Notes under the pieces: model-generated
What the model was told of the DNA's origin: nothing
Database searches by the model: none
Seen by the model: only the letters and a program-made list of their open reading frames with translations
NCBI GenBank assembly: GCA_000934665.2
Contig: KZ539041.1
Span: forward strand, 1-64,000
Direction: 5' to 3'
DNA: 64,000 bases
Origin: Catajapyx aquilonaris
Lineage: Eukaryota
In this document: positions 13,393 to 25,500 of the stretch, in pieces
How positions within the stretch are numbered: the first letter of the stretch is position 1
How the letters are laid out: the number at the start of each line of letters is the position of its first letter
Position numbers and translations under genes: made by a program

Positions 13393-13911
13393 CGGATATA
13401 GTAGACCAGAGTCCCACGCCAGATAATCCCCTACAATATTTTAACAATTTTAACAACTTTTAACGAAAATTTAACGTTAAAATATCGTCTCAACGGAATT
13501 ATTTTATTTTATTTTTATTTATTTTTATCTATTTTACCACGTGATACAACTAAGTTGTTATAGGGAGGGTGGCATACCACCATCAGTTTTCTAGTATTTT
13601 TATACTTTTTCTTCATTCTTCGTGCATACTAGAAAACTGATGGTGGTATGCCACCCCCTATAACAACTTACAGTTGTATCACGGGGTAAAATAGGGGGTG
13701 GCATACCACCATCAGTTTTCTAGTATTTTTATACTTTTTCTTCATTCTTCGTGCAGGGAAGTAAGGAAATGGGGGTAAGGATAGGTATATTTTTGTCTCA
13801 ACGGAATAATGGTCGTTACACATCTTTACGTGAAATTAACGTTAAAAATCGTGAAAATGATGTTAAAATTCGTTAATTCATCTGGCGTGGGACTCTGGTC
13901 TACTATATCCG
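13393..13911. mobile_element. MITE-like element with a perfect 32-bp inverted repeat, interrupted by a nested insertion
   Basis: cggatatagtagaccagagtcccacgccagat (13393-13424) is the exact reverse complement of 13880-13911; subterminal TTAAC/GTTAA repeats on both sides. About 211 bp once the insertion is removed. No TSD visible at the outermost ends. Confidence 0.85.
13500..13794 (-). mobile_element. Retroposed-looking insertion with 13-bp TSD and internal duplication-inversion
   Basis: Direct repeat gtctcaacggaat at 13487-13499 and 13795-13807; (TTTTA)n tract at 13500-13528 reads as an A-rich tail on the minus strand; ~60 bp duplicated directly (13567-13626, 13696-13755) with an inverted segment between. 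Confidence 0.7.
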
Positions 13912-16900
13912 GTAGAACAAAGTCTTAATTTTTGGTAGGATTTTTTTTATGTACGGTTGGTAAATATGTACGGCCATAACCCGCATGGGAAAGCTAACTG
14001 TGGGATGAGAAAAAGAGAAGCCTTCGGGTTTGTCGTTGGCGACGGGAGGTAGCGGATGGGAACCTAACCCTTTCGTTACCGTCATTCTTTTCCCGGTGCG
14101 CCGCACACTATACACTTTGACAGGCCCTCATGAAATGTGGGACTGAAGGTAAAGAGAAAGAAAAAAAAAATGTGTAAAAAAAATACGGTAGGGTCGGGGC
14201 GTATTCAAATGTAGGGTCTTTGCATACGGCGTTTTTTTATATTATATATATACCCCCCTCCCTACCCCCACCATCTCTGGCTCTCTAACCCTTCGGGTGG
14301 ACTTTCATTAGACGACTATTGTGGACCTCAGGGGGACGGAAGGGTTCAGGACTGTGGAGAAATACAAATCTATGCAGGTCCGGCTCTTTTTCCGGAGACG
14401 ACTTCTTTCTTGCATATTTATAACCTATTTAGAGTGTAGGTAAGGGGTGGGGAGGGTTTCTACTCCCTAGGAGAAAGGATGGAACTAAGACTGGCCCGGG
14501 TGTTTTATAAATGGGTTCTTGCCCCCGCTCCGGATCTTTCAAGAGCAAAAACGAAGAAAGGTCCTGAGGGGTGGGGGGTGGCGGGGAGATCGTTTGCATA
14601 CGATAAAAAAAAGGTAATGGGTACCGGAGGTAGTGGGCTCTTAGATTTTTTATGAAATTTTTTTTTATCTGCGTTCACATGCATGCTTAAATTATTTGTC
14701 ACGAGAAATAAGAGAGGGGTTGGTGGGACCCCCTGAAGGGGTAAGGAGGAACGGGTAGGTGGGAGCGGGGAGAGGGATGCGTTACCTGTCCCTTTAGTCT
14801 TGGACTAACTTCAAAGTGGGAGAGGAGCAGTTTGGAGGTGCTGCTGTTTTTGGTTGTAGTGAGTATTTATGGTGGGAAATTTCTATTGTTATAATTTGCA
14901 TATTTGAATCAGGAGAGAACAATCTGATGTCATTGTTGCACACTGTTTACTCACTGTTCTGTGAGAATATTTCTATGGAAAATTTGGTGACATCAGATCG
15001 TTCTCTCATTTTCAGTACATTAGTCAGTGATTATTGGAATATGTCTGCTGCAATTTTGTGTACTGTACCATTTCATATTTGGCCAATTGTTAAATACCCA
15101 TTGATAGTTTACCGGTTGACTTGTGATCAGCACGTTTGTCAAATGGACACATCTTCTGGTTGATGCAAGATTGTGCAAGTTCCCCATCCCTTCTCTCCAT
15201 CCTCCATTCTCCATCTCCCCAGTTTCCCACCCCCACGCTTCCAGTGCTCGATCCGATCCATACTCATGGCAGCGCCATGACGTTTCCAGCTTCCTTCGGG
15301 ATGCGTAACTGGGCCGTTTCGGAGAGAGACTAGGGGATGGCGGGGGAGGAAGAAGAACCGGGGAGGTGGTACCAGAATATATGTAAAAAAAAAAAAACTA
15401 GACAGTAGAGCCATGTCCTTCCAACCTTCCTTAACTACCAAAAAAGGTATATATAAACTGGGAGGCCATTGGTTATTTTTTTTAAAATACTCGCAGCATG
15501 TTGTTGTCACATTGGTTCAGAGGCGTCGTGTTTCGGTCCAAATGAGTTGTTTTGCACGGATGTGGCGTAGCTTGATTTTTTATAACTGCTTTCGGGCTTT
15601 TATGTGTGAGGGTGTTTTTTTTATTGCAAGCTGTTTATATTTTTTGGGGGGTTCAGACGCGTAGGGGCAAACTGCGTTATAGTAAAAATGAGGGGTGCTT
15701 ACGGGGTATGGGAGGTGTTGACTTGGCATAGCTGCCATGTGTTTTCAGGGGTGGTGTATGTGACGCAGGATGTAATTGCTCGTTAAACAGGGCAAAGGTC
15801 TTCGTAGCGTTTGTTGTACACCTCGTTCATAACACCAAGGAACCAGGCTCGTAAAAGAGTTAATGGAGTTGGGCCCAGCCAGATTTTAGCNGGGGGGGGG
15901 GGGTGTTGTTGATAAGAGGGCAATATTGCAATATGTTGTGTTCGTGCCCATGCGTAAAATTTGGCCTCTAAATATGTCGATCGCGAACAATAGGTGCTCC
16001 ATCATTCCACTTCCCATGATTGAATGGATCAGTATTTGAAGAGCCGACCGATGATCACAGGGGCCTATATCCCAAAGAGAAATGTTTCGCTAGGATAAGA
16101 GGTTAAGACCAATAATTCCATCGTACGATTTTCACACTAAACACAGCTCCAAATCGCACTTGAGGATACCTAGAGCACCTCGTAAGGGTACGAACAACAG
16201 AGTTTTTAAAAAAATTGTGAGCGTATAAAAAATGTCCCATAGGAGTGGTCTGTAAAAGCATCCCGAAAGGGGTTCCAGGAAAGGGTTAAGTGGAGTGGGG
16301 ACAGGAAGGATAAAGGTCGTCCTCGGGTTCCTACCATACCTATTTTTGTGCTTGTGGGACGTGGATCCTTTTGTGCCTGCTATAGGATGTGATGGACTGT
16401 CAGACAGGCGACCACGACGCCTTGTTTTCTTATGCATTGCTCTCGGGAAAAAAGAAAAAAAAAGAAGAGGAAGTCTAGGGATCATCCACTTGTTTCGTCA
16501 GTTTTTTTTTTCTTTCTCTCTTGGGGTAGACTCGAGGTGCAGCTGGATCTGGCTACTTTGGATGGATGCTGTCATTTCGATAGCAAATATATGCTTGACA
16601 GTGTTGGTGGAAAGTCGTGTTTATTGAGGGTTTTCTTTGGCGTAGGATAAAATGGCACTCTGTATTGTAGCGGTGGAGATTTTTCTCGAGGCTTTTTTTC
16701 TGGTGATTAGGAATGAAGGAGTAGAGGGGCTTATGTCTGCAACAATCCGGGAATTAAAAAGATTTGGAGAAAATCCTTTGCTTCGGAGGAGGTTAAAGCT
16801 AACCGACAGAAATACTTGTGTCTCCCACTCTTTCGTCCGATTGGTGTCAAGTGGATGTTTTCGACTTGCAACTTTTGTTAACTATTATTATTTGAAGTTG

Positions 16901-19900
16901 AGGAGCTTTCATGAGAATGCTTGTTGTCGATGATGTGGTTATATGCACAGGGCGATTAGGTGGATAATTATTGACAGAGATTAGTATTTCTATAGATATC
17001 GCGAATTATTCGCCCTGTAAGTAGTTCAGCTTGTGTGTTTCAGTAGTGACAGACATATATTGGCACGGAAAAATTATGCCAATAATGCACGTAACAAAAC
17101 ATTTTTGCTACGCCGGCTATAACTTTAACTTACAAACAGGCTGTATGATTGCTTTCATAAACTATTAGTTATGTATTTCCTTATTTGTAGATATGCTCAG
17201 CTTTGAAAACTTTGCTACAGTACATCACCCTTAACTGCCAGCGAAACATAGTAGTATTAGAAGATATTTTTTAGGGCTTCTAACATCAAAGCTAATAGAC
17301 CTCAAATGAGTAGAATTTACAGGGCGTAATGTCAACAAAAATGTGTACTAGTAAAAAACATGATTATTGGCTGCAGTAGTGACTGACTCCCCGAAATTAT
17401 TAGGCACTCAAGAGACTTCGTGCAATATTTAACGCCTTTCCCGCCACAGCCAGCTAATCGCGACGCTAATCGTGAGAGTAAACTTCGATAACAGGAAGCC
17501 AGAAAATGAAAATTAGCGCCAGCTTTATCTGCATATAAATGTGCGAAATGTGCATAATCACTCATGCAAGTCATAACACCATTGTGCCAAACTGTAAAAT
17601 AATTATAACTAATATACGTACAAATATTTCAGTGTTACTACCAAATTACGCAGGCAAAGAATATTCTATTTTTAACATGTTCCTAGAATGCTGCATGTAA
17701 TGTGCATATTGCAGTACTTTTATGTCATGAAAAAGTCGGGAGAGGCTAATGCTTCTGTCACTTTTATGCCCAAAATGTCATATTTTTCTCTCTCCAAAAG
17801 TGTTGTTTCGCATTTGTTTGATATTTTGGAACGAACTGTGATGGCGGTAGCTTTTCTACGACTTTGACAGGGGGGCTTAATCCTCCCCCAAGTGCCACGA
17901 TGACGAGGAGGAGCCAAGGGCCATTTTGTGCGAATCCAGGGCCATGGCGTCAGATTGATCGAAGCTGCGGGGGCAATGTGACTCACTCTATATATGGCTG
18001 CCTGGGACCAATGGACGCCCCTCTCTTTTTTTCTTTTTTTTTTTTTTTTTTTTTTGCATCCAAGAACTCGTCATCCGGGGGACATTTGGAATAAAAAAAC
18101 ATTTATTTTGCAGCTGTCAAATGCATTCCCCGATTGTTTCACCAGAAAGTCAGGGTTGTGGTTAGGTTAGAACTTCTTTTAAATATGGCTTCTGAAAGTT
18201 ATAGTGTTGCCTAGGTATAGGATAAAATTGGACTTTCATTCTTATGATAAGTAATTTAGGCCTTGACAACATTATTCTCTAATCTGCATATTCAACAGTT
18301 GTGTAAATTAGTTTATTAGGGATGTTTAATGCAGTTTCGGGCAGTGTAAAGTTATTATGTCACAACCTTGTTATGCCAAATCAGCAAGATTAGTCGTGTT
18401 GACTAGTAGAGAACAAACATTTTAAAGTCGGTTGTTATTATTGTTAGTTCTGCCTGTCACAAACATTTGTCATTACACGAATGTAAACTGCGAACAGTTC
18501 GAGATGAGCTATTTAGATAGGCGTTGAATTTGCAGTGAATGGAAAATATACTGACATCAGATTTTATGTTTATTATAGATTAACCGTCTCACTTGGAGTT
18601 CCACTGAAGTGTCAACCTAATTCAATTTTAGTATTGTCAATAAGTATTCCAGATTTTTAAAAGTCAAATATGTTTTGAAAATAATCATAAAAGCAAATGG
18701 AGCGGTGTAATTTTATGGCTGCAAGTGCTATAACTGACAATATTTCATACATCGACCAATGTTGCAAATGAAAGTAATTTTGATGTAATTCCAGGCTACA
18801 CGTAGAACCATATTGTTATAGCCTGGATAATTATTGGAATTGCAGAGTCTACCTAAGGAGATGGTTAAGTACAGTATTATATTCTACTGATGTTGCTCAG
18901 CCCCCTAATGCCTGTAAGTTCATTAAAATACAGTTTATATTTTACAAAAGCTGTTAGGCCATCGTTTACATCCCTGTAGACACTCCATGATAGCCTATAT
19001 ATATTTGCCAGTTCCATTTTAAAAGTACCCTATGATGATGATTAATATAGGATATACGGTACATCGTGATGGGTCCGCAGCTTTAAGGGAGCGTCTTTTA
19101 TATGTGACCCAACTTGATTATTTACAACCTCAAAGGTGATATAGTTGGAGGAAACGTAAAAATGCATAGATTGGGAGAGGGAGATAGAAAACCCTGATGA
19201 ATACGGAGAGGACACATTGCACCTCTTCTCACATAAGAAAATCCTCGTCTGACTCGGAGATACAGTATAACCATGAAATGTCTCAGAGGCGGTATAATAT
19301 GGCTGTGGCCTACACCCTGAATCACCCTGGGACCGCCCTGTTTAGTCAGTGACAATACAAACAATATAATCACCAAATATAATCAAAAACATTTCCGGGA
19401 AATTCATGTTCTGATCTGACGAGCTGTACGTCAACGCTGTCGGAGTAATCGGAAACGGAAACTGTTGATCTGCAATCTTCCCATTACCCACATTTTTTTG
19501 AAACGTTTATTGTCTTCGTGGGAAAATATTTTAAGCGAATGAAATCATAGTGATTATAGGCTATGTCTCATTGCGGAAGAATTTATCAATGTAAGGCGGT
19601 TAGCTGATGTGCAAAATATATTCAACCAAGCTTGAATAAGAGTTCAGTTGAAATTAAATTGAGTGTCTATTATGCTATAATGTGGATTAAATCTAAATAG
19701 AGCATGCTAATTTTGATTATTTTTGTCATCGCATGAATAATTTGGCCGGATGTTACAAAGGGGCACACACAACGCGTGTAACATGACTGTGAGTCCTATA
19801 GGAAGTACGAACCTTATGCACCATCCTGTAGAGAAAACTGCATATAGGCCTAGCAATAATTGAGTTTTGTCAGAGGGACATCAATCTTGAAAAAGGGGAA

Positions 19901-21681
19901 ATTGCTTATCACAATGCAGGTGATAATATCAACATATGTATAGCTCTTGTATATCGATTAATGAGACGGAAAAGTCGTTAGTCCGACCGCTATTTCATGG
20001 TGCCTCAAAGTAATTGTTGACTCTCTTCTTCGTTTTCTATAATGAAGGCAAAGTGCTTCATCGACTTATGTGTCAATAGGTATCGGTCATCAGAACGATA
20101 TTTTATTTTTGTAGTCTTATCTAGAGTCTTGTGACATTTGTCAAGACACTGCATATTTTTCTTTGAACTGAGCGAATGATTAGGAAAAACCTATGCATGT
20201 TGACTTGAGTTTTGAAATGTGGATGTGAAAATTTTGTAAAATTCGCTGTCACAGAATTTCGCAAGTCACTCAATTCATATTTTGCAAATTTCAAGGTGGG
20301 TGTCTTGAAAGCGAAGCTGTAGTATCAAATTACCCGAAGGCACTGTGAAAAACGAAGCTTGATACACCCACGTAATACTCTAACGAGCATGTTTTTCATG
20401 AGGAAACGGGGTCCTATGAAGCAAGGCAGGGGATTCTATTGCTCAATCGTATGGCCTAGTCTTTGACACGCGCTAGACAGTTTTTGAGGAATAATAGAAG
20501 CTCTAAGTCCTGAAATGTTAAAGGAATAAACTTAACAAAGCAGCACAAGTTGACTTATCAAGTTTAAAAGTAGCTATACAGAAACTTATAGCACCTTTTG
20601 TGGGAGGCTACCTGTAACTCTAGAAGTATTATTAAAACCAATCCCAGCATTCATACTAATAGATCTCCAGTTAACAATTCGCTTTATATGACTTAAGTTT
20701 GCACCTCCAACAATGGGGCGAGTAAAACGTCTGTCACGCAAACTCACTTTATACATCTGGAACTATACTAGCGGGAATGCGCATGAGCAACTGGAGCAAG
20801 TAGTCCATCTCATTTTACCCACTCCATTGTTGAAGGTGTCAACTTAAGGTGTGTACTACCATTCATTAGAAAAACCACCTCATCATAATTGCTTTGGGTT
20901 CGTGACTTTTTTTTTTCTTTTGTAGATATATGTACAGTAGCTGTACTAGTGGAATTCCTGTTCCAATGAATCGAAAAAAGAAAACGAGGCATAATTATTG
21001 CCCAATTATATGAATTCTGCTCGAGTGCCTATGTTTCAAACTCATATTAGGTCTCTCCAGGAAAATGCGTAAGACATTTTGAAATTATGGTGTTACCCTT
21101 CCGTATAAAAAAAACAGGATGTGTTCAATTGATGACGCTTAATGCCAATATAAACCTAAGTGTGAATTGTGTGACAGAGCAGTTTTTTGCCCTGCATTTG
21201 GACATCCCAACGCACTTTGTGAGGGTATATGTCATACCGCGCGTTTCATAAATGAATTCAATTTATATCGGTAGAAATCTTACGACTGTAACGCCCTTGT
21301 GACATTACCATCAAGTTTTTTTTGCGGAATTCCGTTGCATGAGCTTCCAATACTCTTTGATTCAATCATTACAGTTATAGTGAAGTTGCACAAAAGATCT
21401 TGATTCCATCAATCTACCCGCTGAGCAATTAATTTTTGTTGACGCTGAGCTATACTTTTTAAGCAGCAGTTGTTGAACGGACACTTTCAATAGCTGTATC
21501 AACAGCTAAGATTTCCCCACTCTCACAGTAATGAAAATAAATAAATAAATAAATAACAAAACTGCTAAGGTTTAATAAGTGAAACTCATGTCAAGGGCCG
21601 AAAATAACTTCTTAATAATAAGGTGATTAGTTCAAAATTACTAACCACAACGAACAGGTAATTTGGAACGCCATATTTATA

Positions 21682-21773
21682 CAGGGTGTTCCAGATTCGT
21701 GAGTCACTTTTTAATAACTGATATCGCACGATAGCAGTTATCAAAAAGTGACCCACGAATCGGGAACACCCTG
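21682..21773. mobile_element. Tc1/mariner-type fold-back MITE, 92 bp
   Basis: TA|CAGGGTGTTCC...GGAACACCCTG|TA; two 45-bp arms with 4 mismatches and a 2-nt loop; TA target duplication. Confidence 0.9.
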
Positions 21774-21953
21774 TATAATTATTATGAGAAAATAATACTG
21801 AACATTTCGGCTACTCAAAAGAACTTCTAGATTAGCCTGCACCATCGTATAGGTATTCCGTATATGGCCAAAGAAACACCGCTATCCCGCCGCGAACAAT
21901 TCAGGCTCCGCTGGGATTTGACATTTATGAGCTAATTACACCCTCAGCCATGC

Positions 21954-21965
21954 CACGTGACGTCA
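21954..21965. promoter_or_regulatory. Overlapping E-box/CRE (CACGTGACGTCA), candidate promoter of gene B
   Basis: Perfect CACGTG and TGACGTCA overlap in CpG-rich context 40 nt upstream of the ATG at 22006. Confidence 0.45.
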
Positions 21966-22005
21966 CTCTCCACAACAAGCACAGCCGTCTCCGTTCATTT
22001 CCGGA

Positions 22006-22205
22006 ATGAAAGCCGCTGCAACTCAAACTTGTCCGACTATTGTCGCTGGCTCCGCAGAAAACGGTTGGGGAGAATCCTCTGAATTAAATTATGACGAGTT
22101 GCTCTTGAGAGAGTTAAGTCTCAGGGATGATGCAGGCTCCTTAATTGAAACCCTGTCCTACGACAACGTGGGTAAGGGCGAGGGATGCCGACAGAGAGAG
22201 CGAGA

Positions 22206-22237
<32 letters not shown>

Positions 22238-22597
22238 GCCATTGATTTTCTTAAGAAGCGAGGAGGAAGTTGGTCCTTGGTCTCGCCTCGCTGACTCCAT
22301 GCTTTTCATTGACTACCAACGCTCCGAGAAATAGATTTCTGGATGAGAGGACGCCAAGTGAGGATTGCAATGACAATATGGGGGATGCATTTACCGTAAA
22401 ATAAAAGCTAACGCGTGGGGAAAATGGTGGCCACAGCTGATCGCCACAGCGGCCATGTTTGACTGGCCAGCGACACCTGTCGACTTTTTTGACAACTAGC
22501 TGATCTTGCAGGACATGATGGGGATATCAAGTTCAGTGTGGTGACTGCCGTGACTTTGGAGCTAAGAACTCCTGGGGTTCAGGTTACCCCGTTATGA
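22006..22597 (+). CDS. Candidate 3-exon gene B, 117 aa, unknown function (exons 22006-22171, 22256-22357, 22512-22597)
   Basis: ATG after E-box/CRE; donors gtaagg (22172) and gtgagg (22358); acceptors ttttcttaag (22255) and tcttgcag (22511); both introns phase 1 and the frame stays open: MKAAATQTCPTIVAGSAENGWGESSELNYDELLLRELSLRDDAGSLIETLSYDNVEARRKLVLGLASLTPCFSLTTNAPRNRFLDERTPRHDGDIKFSVVTAVTLELRTPGVQVTPL*. No homologue recognised. Confidence 0.4.
22193..22236. repeat. (GA)n microsatellite, inside intron 1 of candidate gene B
   Basis: Read directly from the sequence. Confidence 0.95.
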
Positions 22598-25500
22598 TGA
22601 TGTTGAGTGAAGGATGTTAATGAAGGTGGGGTAGTGTTACCTGCTGGGTTTGGTACCTGAGGAAGTAGGAAGGGGTGAAAAATAATATGAGGAAAAGGGG
22701 TGAGATGGGTGCAGCTGAGCTAGCAGAAGCGGGATCTTCTGGAGTCAGGCCAGAAAAGGTGCACCGGAGGGTTCATTCACATGCAAATGGCTCGCCTGGA
22801 ATCGGACAACAGACGTCAACTTCGAATTTCCACTCAGCTTGTTTTCTTGGATCGCCATTTTGCAACCAAGTTGACAAAGTGTGAACTCGAAATAGCGACA
22901 ATTTTTCACTAAATCCAGCTCAAAGCCAGATAAACCAGATAATCCGGACGGGTGACTGGCGTGCGAAATTTCAACAAAAACGCCAGCCACAATATTTACC
23001 GACGGCGTTGGGAGGTTATTATCCCTGGTGGTCTGTATAATTTCAACAAAGTTTACTACCTGGGATACTAATTCAACTTGTTACGCCGTATGTTTACAGT
23101 AAATTCTAATTACTAGACGGCTGAATAATTTAGCATCACCCGAAGAGAATAGTCGAATTAAATTTATATTCCCACTAGGGATTGTGCCTTGCAGGGGAAT
23201 ACTATAATGACGGACTGATATGTTAACTCGGAAATAAATTAATATCGTTATAGTGCAGTAATGACAATATGAGACTCTCAGGGCAATACAATTAAAATAT
23301 TTCAACGGTTTAGGTCAGTGACCAATCTGTAATTATACAGCAACTCGTGGGATCGTGTAGTACTAGTAACATGGCATGCAATGCTGTACTACATACATCC
23401 ATGCACTGTATTGTACCGGTAGAGAATATTTTGCACACATTTTCATAGTATCACGAATAGTTTCTGCCTATTCTACAAACCGTTCTACACACTGGACCAT
23501 TTACCTGCATAACTAATTATTCACCGACAATACTACAAAGCTGACATTTGCCACAGAAAAAAAACACAAATCCACACTGACAATCTCGGAATCCCCTTCT
23601 AAAAAACACCGCACTACCTTAGAGCCACCTTGACATGAAGGCTGAGAGAGGTATACTAGAGGATACCCCGCGGGTTACCCTTTTCAACCCGAAAAAAACC
23701 TCTCCCCCCCTCTTACCCCCTTATACCCTACAGACCCAAACCCCACCCAGAAAAGACCACCGTGGCCACCTAACACCATTGAAGGCTGAGGTCAACCGTG
23801 GCCTCTGCACTTTTTTTTCCTTCTCTTCCATAGCCCTCCTGCCCGGTGATATATGTTATCAAGCATGCTTGGATGGGGTTGGAAAATGGCGCGTTTATCA
23901 TAAATTTTCCCTAGCTGACCGTCCCGGGTTGCATATCCCCCCTAAATGAGGCACCCCCGTGTCTTTTTTTTTTTTAACCCTCCTGCATACATATGTATCT
24001 GGCCGTTTTTGTGTACTTGTGAAAGGACTTCGTTGAAAGGGCTGAGAAGGATAAAAAAGTCAAAAGACGACATTACGGAGGGGTAGGGAGGATGGGGGAT
24101 ATGGGGTGTCATATTTAGGGAGCTGTACATAAGGGTGTCCTCTCCAGGTTATTTGCAATCAGAATAAATTTTAGGGGTTCATTTTATGAAGCACTGTACA
24201 ATATTATTGGCGATATAATGTTCTACCCACTATTTTTTTAAAAAATATTGCATAAGTTGCTTTTCATAGGGCATGTAACGCACTAAATTATTTTAAAATG
24301 CAATAACTGGTATTGAGTATTAAATTATGATTTTACATACATACGAGTAATAAATTGTTAATATTTGAGTGTGTATTACAATATCTGTACAATATGATAC
24401 ATGATAAACTGGTATTACACATACATCAAAGTCCCCCTTATTACCATCACTTTTTATGCCCTATTGTGACCCACGATTGTAGTATTGAATAGCGTGTATT
24501 CGAGCCTCTGCATTTGACGTGTCCTGTGACCTAAAACAATGGGCATTTCCTAGAATAATTTACTTCCAGTACCTAGCATGCCTAAGAGCAATATTGTGAT
24601 TGGATGCTCACAATGGGCCGAATATTAATTCAGGTCACCCCCCTCCCTCCCCCCCCATTTGAAATTAATTGCAGAACAGTCTGGCTAGGTGACAAGTACG
24701 TCATAAACCTTTTTTTTTTTTTAATGCATCGTCTTGGTGCCGTTTTCTTCCGTGACTACTTCCAACTTCTCCATCTCTTTGCGTGAAGAATCTGTAATTA
24801 TTCCCAAGCCTAATAATAAACCTGGGTATAAATATTCATCCGTCTCCAGCAACCTGTAATTTTGGAGCGCAGACGCGCGATAGACTTGCTGGAGCGTTTT
24901 AAAAAAATTGGAAAAGAAGGGCAGAAGAAGGGGGTTAAAAATTAAGAAAGGGCGCCGAAGGAGGCATTAGTCCCGAGGTAAAAAAAAATATAATGGTGAT
25001 ACATACTAAGCATTGCTGTAAATTGAAACTCTGAAAATCATGGCAGGTGTAAGAGAAGGGTGCCTGCATACTAAACATTAAAAGCCATCTGCTTTTTTCA
25101 CATTTTCATTTTTTTTTTTTTTGCTTATATTCACAAGGGTGTTAAAAAATGGGGTCGTAGATATTCTGTAACTGATCATAAGGCCATAAATCTGCAGGGA
25201 ACAAATGAGTTTTTACACTATTTTTGGGGAGCCCACCCATGTTGGTGGAAATTAATTATTGGGGGGTTCTAGTATATATGTGTGCGTGTGATGTAGTAGT
25301 TTGTGTCGCCATATTGTTTCCGTACCGTCATCATCGATCGACCACCAATCGGGGGGCGGATTTGTCAGTTGGGGAGGAGGACCCCCAAAGTTGGCTTGGG
25401 GGGAGACTTCATGATAATGGCCGCTCACGTACCATACAGGACATGGAGTTTCTGAAATTTGACATGATAAAAGCTAAAAGCCAAAAAAAAAATCGGACCA

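Noticed and set aside
13627..13660. Hammerhead ribozyme (also CTGATGA/CTGAAGA hits near 7465, 19194, 26789, 55813)
   Set aside because: The core here is CTGATGG, and none of the sites has a stem II followed by GAAA plus stem I/III pairing.
22580..22860. Minus-strand gene starting AAAATGGCG (MAIQENKLSG...) with a GC-AG intron
   Set aside because: Needs a non-canonical donor, and the next exon reaches stops in all frames within ~25 codons.
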